64,000 bases of DNA, taken from the NCBI GenBank assembly GCA_002269645.1, contig NIVC01002598.1, positions 58,676-122,675 of the forward strand, written 5' to 3'. Position 1 is the first letter of the stretch. Each line of letters opens with the position of its first letter. Origin of the DNA: Macrostomum lignano. Lineage: Eukaryota. The notes beneath the pieces are model-generated. The model was given only the letters and a program-made list of their open reading frames with translations, had not been told where the DNA came from and ran no database searches. A program made the position numbers and the translations under genes. Positions 21,081 to 34,300 of the stretch are shown piece by piece.

Positions 21081-21704
21081 ATTTTATCACTTTTGCCAAT
21101 TTTTCCCTAGGGTACAATCGAGTCTTCTTGTATACTAAATTGAGCTGGGAAGACCATAAAGGAGCTTTAGTAAGTTAGTAGCAACTACTTCGAAGTACTA
21201 AGAGAGAATTCGAAGCATTAAAAATGTTTTGAAGGCCGATTATTGAAAATCATGCAGATGGAAGTCGTGCCTTCATGGCCTAGGGTACACTTATGTTTTT
21301 TTACCTTTGATACTTTCAGTTAGTTGTAGAACTACCATATCCAGAGAGGAATTCTCACCTGACAGTCATTGCTGTTTCATTCTAGTATCTTTTGTTCGAG
21401 CTTACAAGATTAGGGTTATAAATCTTGTTATGAGTTGAAGGAACAGCATCAACATGCCGTTTTCACATTTGTTTTGTAGAGACATTAATTGGACTTTTCT
21501 AAACATGCTCAGTGGAACCAGAAAAGTTCAATTGACCTTCATAGTGGACAGTTACAGTAACTATACTCACGATCCGCATATATATGCACTTTATGCTTCC
21601 CATAATGGGGATTAACTGTCTGTGAAATTTACTTGTGAACAGGGGCTTGAATTTCTCATGGCGACCTGTCTAGGAAGTGTTTGCGCAGATGGAAATTTCA
21701 GGAT

Positions 21705-22022
21705 GTGGTAACTGTAGGGATGGGTCTCAGGGATGGGAATGGGGATAGCTGCAGTCTCAGGGATTGGACTGGGGATAGCTGCAGTCTCAGGATGGGAATA
21801 GGGATAGCTGCAGTCTCAGGGATGGGAATGGGGATAGCTGCAGTCTCGTCTCAGGGATGGGAATAGGGATAGCTGCAGTCTCAGGGATGGGAATGGGGAT
21901 AGCTGGAGTCTCAGGGATAGGAATGGGGATAGCTGCAGTCTCAGGATGGGAATGGGGATAGCGGCAGTCTCAGGGATTGGACTGGGGATAGCTGCAGTCT
22001 CAGGGATTGGACTGGGGATAGC
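21705..22022. repeat. 30-bp minisatellite upstream of the PITPNM start
   Basis: Unit GGGATGGGAATGGGGATAGCTGCAGTCTCA, about 10 copies. Confidence 0.92.
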
Positions 22023-22313
22023 TTTTTAGTTACAAGACTTTAGGTACGAGTATTGTATGTCGCTATTGTTAGAAAATTGAATTATATTTATCTTTTGTGC
22101 TATCATGGCTCTCTTGCACATAATATTACCAGGGTATGACAATGTTTTTTACTTATCAATTCATCAACTCTGTCAAAAACTTTCAGCACCTAATTCAAAT
22201 CAGGGCTGCAAATGAAATGCAATGAACAGTTTGCAACTTGCATTGGGTAGAGAATTTAGATTATAAATTGATTTAACAGTTAATTTGATTGAATTCAGTT
22301 ATTCGCATCAGAA

Positions 22314-25300
22314 ATGCTGGTGAAAGAGTACCGAATCTGCATGCCTCTCACCGTGGCAGAGTACAGGATTGCTCAGCTGTACATGATTCAGGTGAGAGAG
22401 CTCTGCTTATCTATTTATATTGCCAAGTCAAGCAGTATAAATTCTACAGGAATGGGAGTATGATGCAGCTGCGACTTAGCAGGGAGGCTGAGATTCGCTA
22501 TTTGGGTAGAGTAGAGAGGGGCTTTGATCCCCCATCATCAGCTGCGCAGAGATATACGTATAGACACTGCTCCGACCCTCACTGTCTTCCTGCCTATTCC
22601 CCCTCGGCCTCATGTCCTCCCCAGCTATCCCAGCCTGCCCGAGCCGAGCGACAAAATCTAATTATCCTTGTGCGCTCTCTCCCTCCCCTAACCCTCCTTC
22701 ATCTCTAGCCTTCACTGCCAAGCTGTGCTATTTTCGCCATCAGTTCATCAGTTCTATAGATCTGACGCTATTTTGCTGCAGCTGCTCTTTAGGGAGGGGG
22801 GCTATATTCTTCCTTGGGATGCTCTGCTAAGGCTCTTTTTATTTCTGGATTAGGGATTTTTAAATCCCTTCTCACTCCCAAGTAAATTTATTTTCCCAGT
22901 GTAACGCCGTATAAGTCTCGCTAGATTTAAATAGTCGGTCGTAATAAGTAAGCCTTAAACAGTTTGAGTCATACACAGTTTTTGCCATAAACAGGTAGGG
23001 TCATAGACAGTTTTTGCCATAAACAGGTAGGGTCATAGATAGTTTGGGTTATAGACAGGTTGGTTCATAGACAGGTTGTGTCATAGACAGGTTGGGTCAT
23101 AGGTTGGGACATAGACAGGTTGTGTCATAGACAGGTTGTATCATAGACAGGTTGTGTCATAGACAGGTTGGGTCAAAGACAGGTTGTGTCATAGACAGGT
23201 TGTGTCATAGACAGGTTGTATCATAGACAGATCGGGTCATAGACAGGTTGTGTCATAGACAGGTTGGGTCATAGACAGATTGGGTCATAGACAGGTTGGG
23301 TCATAGACAGATCGGGTCATAGACAGGTTAAGTCATGCACAGTTTGAGGCCATTGATTAATGTCTCTGTGCATTAAAATATAGTTCAGGTCATATTAAGT
23401 TGAGTTATAATTAACTGTCTATGACCCAACCTGTCTTGGACGCAAACTCTCTATGACTTAATCTATCTATGACCAAACTGCCTATGACCCACGCTATCTA
23501 TGACATAAACTGTCTATGACTCAAACTTCTCCGACGTAGACCGTCTATGAGCTAAACTGTCTATGACCCAATCTATCTATGACACAACTCACGACTGAAA
23601 GGTTGCAGGTTCGATTTTCGATCCACTCGGAACAAATTGTGTCCTTCAGCAAGACACAACTCTGTATTGCTTCAGTTCACCCAGCTGTAAAATGGGTGCC
23701 AGCATTAGCTGGGATAATTGAGGGTGTGTGGCGACCCCCCAGGCCTTGGACTGAACAGCCGTACGCAGCCTTCAGATGCGCCGCGCAATAGCTGCGGCTG
23801 AGCTGTCGGTTGCAATCAGCACACAATAGGGCTGGTTTTAATCAAATATTATTATTATTATATTATGACATAAACTGTCTCTGACTCAAGCTATCTATGA
23901 CCAAAAATGCCTACGACCCACGCTATCTGAAAACAAAAACTGTCTACAACCCTCTCCAATCAACGCCTTCAATTTCCAAGAAGCAAACTATCTATAAAAT
24001 AATTAAATGTAAATAGTCTCAATTCAAGTAAATAGTCTTGAGCAGATCTAAATTTGCAATACAACGCATTTATAATGTCTACGAAGTAATATATAAATAG
24101 TCTCATGCTGTTGGGACAAAGCAACAGTGCTACAGTTAAAGTGCATGCATTTTCAAGGTCGCATTCTTTAATGTCCATATATTCAGTGTGTATTCTACAA
24201 AAAAGATTGAAGAACGCAAAAGAGAACTTGATTGATTAGAATTTTGTTTGAATAAGTGGGATGCACAGGCACAGTATACAGCAACGCTGGCCGCACTCCA
24301 TCAGTGCAGTTTCAAGGAACTGTAGCAAGGAACTAATTAAATTTCTGATGCTTTAATTAGACCTATCCACAAACTGCATTTAAAATGGAACCTAGCTTTT
24401 GAGCATTGTAGTCTACACTGATATTACTTATGTGGTTAGAATATGGTTGTTTGATTTTCCATTAGTTTATTTACTGGTTGGTTGATTGATTGAATGATTA
24501 ATTGATTGATTGATCGATCGATTGATTGATAGATAGATTGATTGATTTATTGGTTAGTTGGTTGGTTGATTGGTCAATTGATTGACTGATTGATTGATTG
24601 ATTGATTAATTAATTGTTCGATTGGTTGATTTATCAATAAATAGATTGATTGATTGATTGGTTGATTGGTTGGTTGATTGATTGATTGATTGAATTGTTG
24701 ATCTTACAAGCTTTCTTGCTGCACTAACTTTCTGGGTTAAACGCTTGATGGCCCATCTTTGATTGGACTGGAAATTGCTGCACCTTCATACAGCGCTAAA
24801 GGTTCAAAAGAAATAAAAAGATTTTGTTTTGCCCTGAATTTTACTGTTTTTGTACTTTTAGCTTTAACACGCGCGCTTCGCCAATTAAATTGCTTTTCTA
24901 GGGCGATTAATTGCTTTTTTGCCAAGAAGTCTGCGTTCTGTAGCAAACTAAAGTAATTAATGAAGAAAACGTTGTGAGAAATGACTGCGAATTGCAATTG
25001 GCCAAGGACCTTTAAATAAATGCATCTGGAAAAGAAAAGGTCACGGCACAGCAAAGCTTCTATGAGTATGGCCTAAATTATCTATGACGTAACTATCTAT
25101 AATTGAAACTGCCTATGACCCAATTAAATTACTAATAATAACTAATTACACCTGCACCTAATAGATGTGCAACCGACAGCTCAGCCGCAGCTATTGCGCG
25201 GCGCATCTGAAGGCTACGTACGGCTGTTCAGTCCAAGGACTGGGGGTCGCCACACACACCTTCAATTACCCCAGCTAATGCTGGCACCCATTTTACAGCT

Positions 25301-28300
25301 GGGTGAACTGAAGCAATGCCTTGCTGAAGGACACAATTTGTTCCGAGTGGATCGAGAATCGAACCCCTGACCTTTAAGTCCCCCGACCTACACGTATGAC
25401 CCAAACTGTCTGTGGAACCAAACTGTATATTACCCAAATTATGTGACCCAGATTGCATGTTTATTACTCAAACTGACTCAAAATGTCTATGACCCAGTCT
25501 GTCTATGACTCAACCTGTCTATGACTCAACCTGTCTATGACTCAACCTGTCTATGACTCAACCTGTCTATGACTCAACCTGTCTATGACTCAACCTGTCT
25601 ATGACTCAACCTGTCTATGACTCAACCTGTCTATGACTCAACCTGTCTATGACTCAACCTGTCTATGACTCAACCTGTCTATGACTCAACCTATGACTCA
25701 ACCTGTCTATGACTCAACCTGTCTATAACCTAAACTGTCTTTGAACCGATCTGCCCATGACCCAACCTGTTTATGACTTGAACTGTCTATGATCCTATTG
25801 GAAAAAATCTGAACCGTCTTTCTGGACCAAATATCGAAGCGAGGGTTGAACCAAAAGTTTTTCTCTTGCCTAGATTTCGATTGGTCAAGCCAGTAGTCGG
25901 TTTCCATTCCGGATGTTTCGTCAGGAACTTCATGGTTCCATGGCAACCATTCTAAAATTCTTCGCTTTCGTGACATCCGCTTTAAATTTAAGTTTTATTA
26001 TTCCGCAATTTCGCCTACTCTCCAAGCCCTGATGAAGCAGTTCAGCTTTCTGAATTCAGATCCCGAAAATGCGGTTATTGGGGGGCCGGGGGTGAGGAAA
26101 TTACCCTCCTTCATCCCAGAGCCCGTTCTGACAGTCTGGCCTTTATCGGGGTCAGCTCTGCGTACTTAAATAAAAGTATAATATAACGTTATATAAAAAG
26201 AAACAGAAAAAACCTATCTTCCAGAAGAGCTCGCAAGTTTCTCGTCCTGTTTGCCAAGTCGATTGAATTCACTTCGGCTCGTTGCCTCCCCTCATCCGCT
26301 GTCCACTGCCCCCTCCCCCCCAAGCTATGTCCCGATACCCGAGGCTTGATGAGGCTCCAGCGCAGCCTCTCTCATTTTCTGTCTCAGCTCAAGAAGCGGA
26401 CAAGCTAAAAAACGACACAGCTTTGCTTATGAGTATGACTATGAGTTCATTGCTGGGCTTTGGAGTAGCGCGCTTCTTCTTACTCGAGGGATCTGGGCAG
26501 AGGCACTTTGGCTGGCAGCCTGCCCTCCCCATCAAATGTCATGTTTAAATCAGAGCTGGACTGGCGGACACCGTATCCTGAAGTGTTTTACTGGGATTGT
26601 ACGAATATATTAATAAATTCTGCCCGCTTCCGGACATTTGCCCTCCGGCACTTCCCCTCCGGCACTTGCCCTCCGGCACTTCCCCTCGGCGGCGTTTGCC
26701 CTCCGGACATTTGCCCTCCGGACATTTGCCCTCCGGGACATTTCCCCTCCGGACATTTGCCCTCCGGACATTTCCCCTCGGGGACATTTGCCCTCGGGGA
26801 CATTTGCCCTCCGGACATTTCCCCTCCGCACATTTGCCCTCTGCAAATTTACCCCCTCGCACATTACTCACCTCACCTCCTCCTGTACCCACCCGTCGTT
26901 CCTCCAGCACCAACCTCATCCTCCCGCCTCTTGCATCCATCAGGTTCTTCTCCAGCCAACAACTCATCCTTTTCTAGTAAGCAATATATACCCGCGCCCT
27001 ACCCTATCCCCAGCCTTACCTGTACTTTTCCAGAGGGGAAATGTCCGGAGGGCAAATTTCCGGAGGGGAAATGTCCCCGAGGGCAAATGTCCGGAGGGCA
27101 AATGTCCGGAGGGCAAATGTCCCCGAGGGCAAATGTCCTCGAGGGCAAATGTCCGGAGGGGAAATGCCGGAGGGCAAATGTCCGGAGGGCAAATGCCGGA
27201 GGGCAAATGTCCGGTAGCCAATTCTGCCAGCGGAGTGCAGTGCTGTCGACACTTTTATCGACAGTTCGCCAATATTCACTGACACTCTCATTGGCACTAT
27301 TACTGACGCCTTCATCGACATTTTCATCGATACTATTACCGACGCTTTCACTGACACTTTCAACGACACGTTCATCGAAATATTAATTAACGCTTTAATC
27401 GACTTTATCAACACTTTTATCGACATCATCACAAGCGAATTCACCGACACTTTACCCACAATTTTAACAACGCAGAAAAAATCCCGCGAAGAGAGCACCG
27501 GCAGCGGGTCCGGCGTGGAGATAATCATTAACGAGCCGTACGAGAACGGGCCGGGCGGCCGGGGCCAGTACACTTTTAAGATCTACCACATTGGCAGCCA
27601 CTTGCCTGGTGAGCCTCCGTTGCCGGTTTCTATTACTTAAAAGTAGTCACGTGCTGTTTGCATTTTGTTGTGCACTGTCAGCGATAGTAAAGTGCTTAAT
27701 AAGCAGTACTTGTACCATGGAGTTTCAAGTGACATTTAGGATAGGAAAATGTCTATGGGGTGCCATTAATAATAGCATGGTGTCTATGGGGTGCCATTAA
27801 TAATAGCATGGTGTCTATGGGGTGCCATTAATAATAGCATGGTGTCTATGGGGTGCAATTAATAATAGCATGGTGTCTATGGGGTGCCATTAATAATAGC
27901 ATGGTGTCTATGGGGTGCAATTAATAATAGCATGGTGTCTATGGGATGCCATTAATAATAGCATGGTGTCTATGGGTGCCATTAATAATAGCATGGTGTC
28001 TATGGGTGCCATTAATAATAGCATGGTGTCTATGGGTGCCATTAATAATAGCATGGTGTCTATGGGGTGCCATTGATAGTAGCATGGTGTCTATGGGGTG
28101 CCACTGATAGTAGCATGGTGTCTATGGGGTGCCACTGATAGTAGCATGGTGTCTATGGGGTGCCACTGATAGTAGCATGGTGTCTATGGGGTGCCATTGA
28201 TAGTAGCATGGTGTCTATGGGGTGCCATTGATAGTAGCGAGGTCTCTACGGAGTGCCATTAGTATTATCGAGGTGTCTATGGAGTGCCATTGAGCTGCAT

Positions 28301-31300
28301 ACCCGATGCAACGCCCAACCACAGCCTGGTTCCGCGCCATCCTGCCCAAGTCGGCACTTCGAGTGGAAGAAGAAGCCTGGAATGCATACCCCTATACAAA
28401 AACCCGCTACAAGTGCCCGTTTGTGGAGAAATTCCTACTCGAGATTGAGACCGTCTACAGAGACGACGGCGGCGATGCCGAGAATGTCTTCGGCTTGGAG
28501 GTGAGAGTTGCAAATATTTGTACTTTTAGCGTTTTTATAACGTTATAATTGAAGAAAGCGGGTATTTTTGCTTATAGTAGTTTATACTGGGTCGTTTTTT
28601 TATTGTAAACATTCTTCGATCTCCATATTGCCTAAAGTAATACAAATATAAATACATGTAGCTTGAGCAATTGATGTAGCTGCAAGATAAAGCGTGCATT
28701 TTGAGGGAGCTGCATGAATCACTTTAGACGGTGTACGTACATTTCAACATTCCAGACAGTGTAGACCTACATTCCAGAGACATGTGCATTCTCGACGGTG
28801 TACATTCCCGACCACAGTTATGTGTTCCAGACAGTGTACATTCCAGACAGTGTACATTCCAGACAGTGTACATTCCAGACAGTGTACATACATTCCAGAC
28901 AGTGTACATTCCAGACAGTGTACATTCCAGACAGTGTACATTCCAGACAGTGTACATTCCAGAGACAGTGTGCATTCTCGACGGTGTACATTCCAGACAG
29001 TGTACATTCCAGACAGTGTACATTCCAGAGACAGTGTGCATTCTCGACGGTGTACATTCCAGACAGTGTACATTCCAGAGACAGTGTGCATTATCGACGG
29101 TGTACATTCCAGACAGTGTACATTCCAGAGACAGTGTGCATTCTCGACAGTGTACATTCCAGACAGTGTACACTCCAGACAGGGTACATTCCAGACAGTG
29201 TACACTCCAGACAGGGTATATTTCAGACAGTGTACATTCCAGAGACAGTGTGCATTCTCGATGGTGTACATTCCAGACAGTGTACACTCCAGACAGGGTA
29301 CATTCCAGAGACAGGGTACATTCCAGAGACAGTGTGCATTCTCGACGGTGTACATTCCAGACAGTGTACACTCCAGACAGGGTACATTCCAAAGAGTGTA
29401 CTCCTACATTCCGGTTAATCAAGACCGACAATCAATAACTATGCAAGCAATGTTTTTCCGCACCCTACTAACTCTTCTCGATGCATTTTTCTAAGCGGCC
29501 TATTTCTCTTGCTCTCTGACGCACATTAAAATAAAGTGTCTACTCAAAAAACCCTACTAAAATTAGAAAAACGTATAAAAACGCTAATTTCATTATCTAG
29601 GGCAACGATCTCGCGCGCCAAGTGGATTACATCGACATCGTCCGCGACTGGGTCGATCCCGGCCACTATCATCGCGACGAGGATCCGCGTCTGTTTGTCT
29701 CCAAGGCGACCGGCCGCGGCCCTCTAGCCGACGATTGGAGGCGCAATCTGGGCGGTGGAGGCCGGGTGATGTGCAGCTACAAGCTGTGCCGGGTGGAATT
29801 CCGCTACTGGGGCATGCAGACTAAAATCGAGAGATTCATACACGACGTGGCCCTGCGCAAGACCATGCTGAGAGCGCACAGGCAGGCCTGGGCCTGGCAG
29901 GACGAGTGGGTCGGCCTGAGTATCGACGACATCCGGCGTCTGGAGGCGGAGACAGCGGCGGCTTTGCAGGCGCGGATGGCTGCTGCCGCGCTCGAAGAGG
30001 TGACGCTTTTAGGGACGGTTGAGATCATTCTGGGAGATTTAGGTCACTCTGTGATCTTTATTGTGTAGCTCTGGAATCTTCCGTGTGTCACTTTGTGATC
30101 TTTATTGTGTAACTCTGTGATCTTTATTGTGTCACTCTGTGATCTTTATTGTTTCACTCTGTGATCTTTATTGTTTCACTCTGTGATCTTTATTGTTTCA
30201 CTCTGTGATCTTTATTGTTTCACTCTGTGATCTTTATTGTTTCACTCTGTGATCTTTATTGTTTCACTCTGTGATCTTTATTATTTCACTCTGTGATCTT
30301 TATTGTTTCACTCTGTGATCTTTATTGTTTCACTCTTTGAGCTTCTCTGTGTTAGTATAAGATCTCTTTTGTGTCACTTGTTTCACTTTTGAATTTTATT
30401 TGTATCACTTCTTGACGTTCTAGTGTCACTTTTTGTGTCACTCCTTTTGCCCTATCCATGTCACTCTTTACCTAATTGTATCATTCTAGGAATTGACCAG
30501 TTTCCTAGAATTTCAGCTAGAAACGTCAAGCTAAAGGCCACTCAAGAATTACTTCGTACCTGTGCATACAAATATGGCACGCTGTTTTTCGGCTCTTCTA
30601 CTTGCCATTTTTGCTCTGTCCAGGCCGGCAGTCTCGACGCGGCAGTTCGTTCGCCAGCCTCCGCCTCTGCGGGCGACGCTTGCGCTGCTCTCACCGTAGC
30701 TTCGTCGTCGTCGTCGTCCGGCCACTCGCAACGGCTGCCAGCGTCGCCCGCCGCCTCGGCTGCGGCGTCAACGACAGCGGCGACGGCGGCGTCAGGGAAC
30801 TCGCATCTGAGTGAGCATCTCGCTAGTGGTGAGATCCGTTGGGGGTCATTGTTCGTTGGGTCAGTTAGACCAGGCCTCAGAGGACAAGTATCTCAAATGG
30901 GGCTGCTCAGAGGACAAGTGTCTCAAATGAGGTTACTCAGAGGACGAGTGTCTCAAATGAGGTTACTCAGAGGACGAGTGCCTCAAATGAGGTTACTCAG
31001 AGGACGAGTGTCTCAAATGAGGTTACTCAGAGGACGAGTGTCTCAAATGAGGTTACTCAGAGGACGAGTGTCTCAAATGAGGTTACTCAGAGGACGAGTG
31101 CCTCAAATGAGGTTACTCAGAGGACGAGTGCCTCAAATGAGGTTACTCAGAGGACGAGTGTCTCAAATGAGGTTACTCAGAGGACGAGTGTCTCAAATGA
31201 GGTTACTCAGAGGACGAGTGTCTCAAATGAGGTTACTTAGAGGACGGGTGTCTCAACGACGAGATTAAGCAGAGGACGATTGTCCTAAACTAGGTTTATC

Positions 31301-34300
31301 TGATGGAAATTTCTAAAATGGAAAATGGCTCAGAGGATCAAGACTTAAATTTGGGTTGCTCAGAGAATGAATATCCGTATTTTGAATCGCTCTATGACGA
31401 AGGAGTAAAACAGGACTGCCTGAAATTCCGCGGAAATAGATTCGCTAGGACCGGTAGCATTGCCTATTCGCCCGCCGCTAGCAGGCAGAAAAAAAACACC
31501 CACCCCTACATACCGTTGCCTACCCCGCATAGCAACAGTACACGTCGCAGTCGATGCTCAGTCGGACGCAGACCCTGAATTCGACGCCCTGTCCATCTCC
31601 GACGAATACTTCGACGCCCGCTCCGAGATCGCCGAGACGGCCTCCTTTGCCACCTGTGCCAGCAGCTACACCCTCGTTAACAGCCGATCCTCGACGCTCA
31701 CCTCGCCCGGGCCACCGCCACCGCCGCCGCCTCCACCGCCGCCACCGGAGCTTCCGCACCAGCGGCCCCATCAACACCACCACCACCACCATCAGCAGCA
31801 GCAGCGCGTGCTATTTCTAGTCCTACACGGTGGCAGCGTGCTTGACACCAACCACGAGTACCACAACAAACACGCCGACGCCAGCACTCTGCGCAGCTGC
31901 CTCAACGCTGTCGCCCAATCGTCGCCGGCCTATCGACGCCTGCGCGGCCGATTCGCCGTCCGACTGGTGTCGTCGCCGCCTCTGGTTGCCGCCTCGCTGC
32001 AACGCCTAGCGGCGGTGTCGCCCTACAACTACCGGCTGCAGCGATCGTCGGCTGACGCTTCTCTGGCGCTGTCTTTCGATCACGCGCCGATCGCCACCGT
32101 GCCGCTACTGATGACGTCGACGCCCGACTATCCGGGCCTACTGGCTGGCGTGGCGCGGCGGCTCAACGAGAGGCGGCGAGAATTTCTGGCTACTGATGAG
32201 GGCAAAGAGTTTGCCAATGCCAGGGTGCGTTTTTTGGTATCTGTCACTCTCGGATGCACGTGTATCTGTCACTCTCGGATGCACATGTATCTGTCACTCT
32301 CGGATGCACATTTATCTGTCACTCTCGGATGCACATGTATCTGTCACTCTCGGATGCACATGTATCTGTCACGCTTAGACCTATCATTCATGCTAGGATG
32401 TATGACTTTATCTCTCTCTCAGTTGATGTTTCTGTCACTATGGTGCCACTCTCGACTGCTTTTTGGCAGACTCTGTAAGTATTTCAGCTCAGTGATGCAT
32501 CACTTACTTAATAGTGAAATTTATGGCACATCTCTTATATTTCGAATCCGTCTCACCCTAGGCTGGTCACTTCGCCTAACCCCATACCCCCAGGTGTGCC
32601 TGATCGGAGACAGCATCGGCGGCATCGTCGGCTACGACATTCTGGCCAGCGTAGCCGCCACAGCCGACGCCGACAACGCCGATGATGCCGGCGACTCCAG
32701 CAACTCGACGCAAATTCGTTTGGACTTTCCGGTAGCCGACTTTTTCTTGCTGGGCTGTCCGCTGGCTCTGCTGTTGACCTACCGGCAGCTAGCGCTGGGG
32801 CAAGACAGGCTTCGTGAGTGGAACCGTGGGAAATCCATGGGGAATCTGGGGAAAGTCTATGCGACGTAAAAATCTACAGAGACCACATTATCCCACTTTT
32901 ATAGACCTTTCCTTCCCTGTATTATTCGCTACTGACTGAGTTCGGAATTAAAAGGTGAATAGTGTACATAGTGTCGCGAGAAAGTATTTGAGTTCGAGCT
33001 TACTGCTTTCTAGCATCGATGTAAGTTGTGCAGTACCTGCTAACCACATGTACTCGTAGGTAGGTAGCTTAGTATAACTACTATCCTGATAGACACGGCA
33101 GGGAGCTCAGTATAGCTACTATCCTGATAGACATGGCAGGGAGCTCAGTATAGCTACTATCCTGATAGACATGGCAGGGAGCTCAGTATAGCTACTATCC
33201 TGATAGACATGGCAGGGAGCTCAATATAGCTACTATCCTGATAGACATGGCAGGGAGCTCAGTATAGCTACTATCCTGATAGACATGGCAGGGAGCTCAG
33301 TATAGCTACTATCCTGATAGACATGGCAGGGAGCTCAGTATAGCTACTATCCTGATAGAAATGGCAGGGAGCTCAATTTAGCTACTATCCTGATAGACAT
33401 GGCAGGGAGCTCAGTATAGCTACTATCCTGATAGACATGGCAGGGAGCTCAGTATAGCTACTATCCTGATAGACATGGCAGGGAGCTCAGTATAGCTACT
33501 ATCCTGATAGACATGGCAGGGAGCTCAGTATAGCTACTATCCTGATAGACATGGCAGGGAGCTCAATATAGCTACTATCCTGATAGACATGGCAGGGAGC
33601 TCAGTATAGCTACTATCCTGATAGACATGGCAGGGAGCTCAGTATAGCTACTATCCTGATAGACATGACAGGGAGCTCAATTTAGCTACTATCCTGATAG
33701 ACATGGCAGGGAGCTCAGTATAGCTACTATCCTGATAGACATGGCAGGGAGCTCAGTATAGCTACTATCCTGATAGACATGGCAGGGAGCTCAGTATAGC
33801 TACTATTCTGATAGACATGGCAGGGAGCTCAGTATAGCTACTATCCTGATAGACATGGCAGGGAGCTCAGTATAGCTACTATCCTGATAGACATGGCAGG
33901 GAGCTCAGTATAGCTACTATCCTGATAGACACGGCAGGGAGCTCAGTATAGCTACTATCCTGATAGATATGGCAGGTAAGCAGGTAGGGTAGAGACTACT
34001 ACCCGCCTTAACCACGTGATTGCTAGCAAATTAGCAATCCATTTAATCCCATCTTGTTCTTCCTATACCGGCAGCTCGGCCAGCCTGCGAGCAGGTGTAC
34101 AACCTCTACCACAACACGGATCCCTGCTCGTTCCGGCTGGAACCGCTGCTAGCCGAAAGCTTTCGCTGGTTGGCGCCGGTCTCGCTGCCCAAATGCAGCC
34201 TGCTGCCGCAGAATCAGCAGCAACAGCAGAAGCACCAGCTTCAGTTGCAGATGCAGCTGCAACACCTAGCCGAGTCCATAACTCTAGTTGAGACGCTGAA

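Noticed and set aside
26508-27573. Several ORFs of 80-290 aa (GKCPEG / GHLPSG repeats)
   Set aside because: They arise from the 15-bp stop-free arrays of the foldback element, open in many frames on both strands.
28724-29494. Zn-finger-like Cys/His-rich ORFs ([10 protein letters not shown])
   Set aside because: They are translations of the intronic 16-bp compound repeat and are open in most frames. They are not exons of PITPNM.
30829-31268. Extension of ORF 30423..31268 with [10 protein letters not shown] repeats
   Set aside because: This is read-through past the GTGAGA donor at 30829 into a 30-bp intronic repeat.
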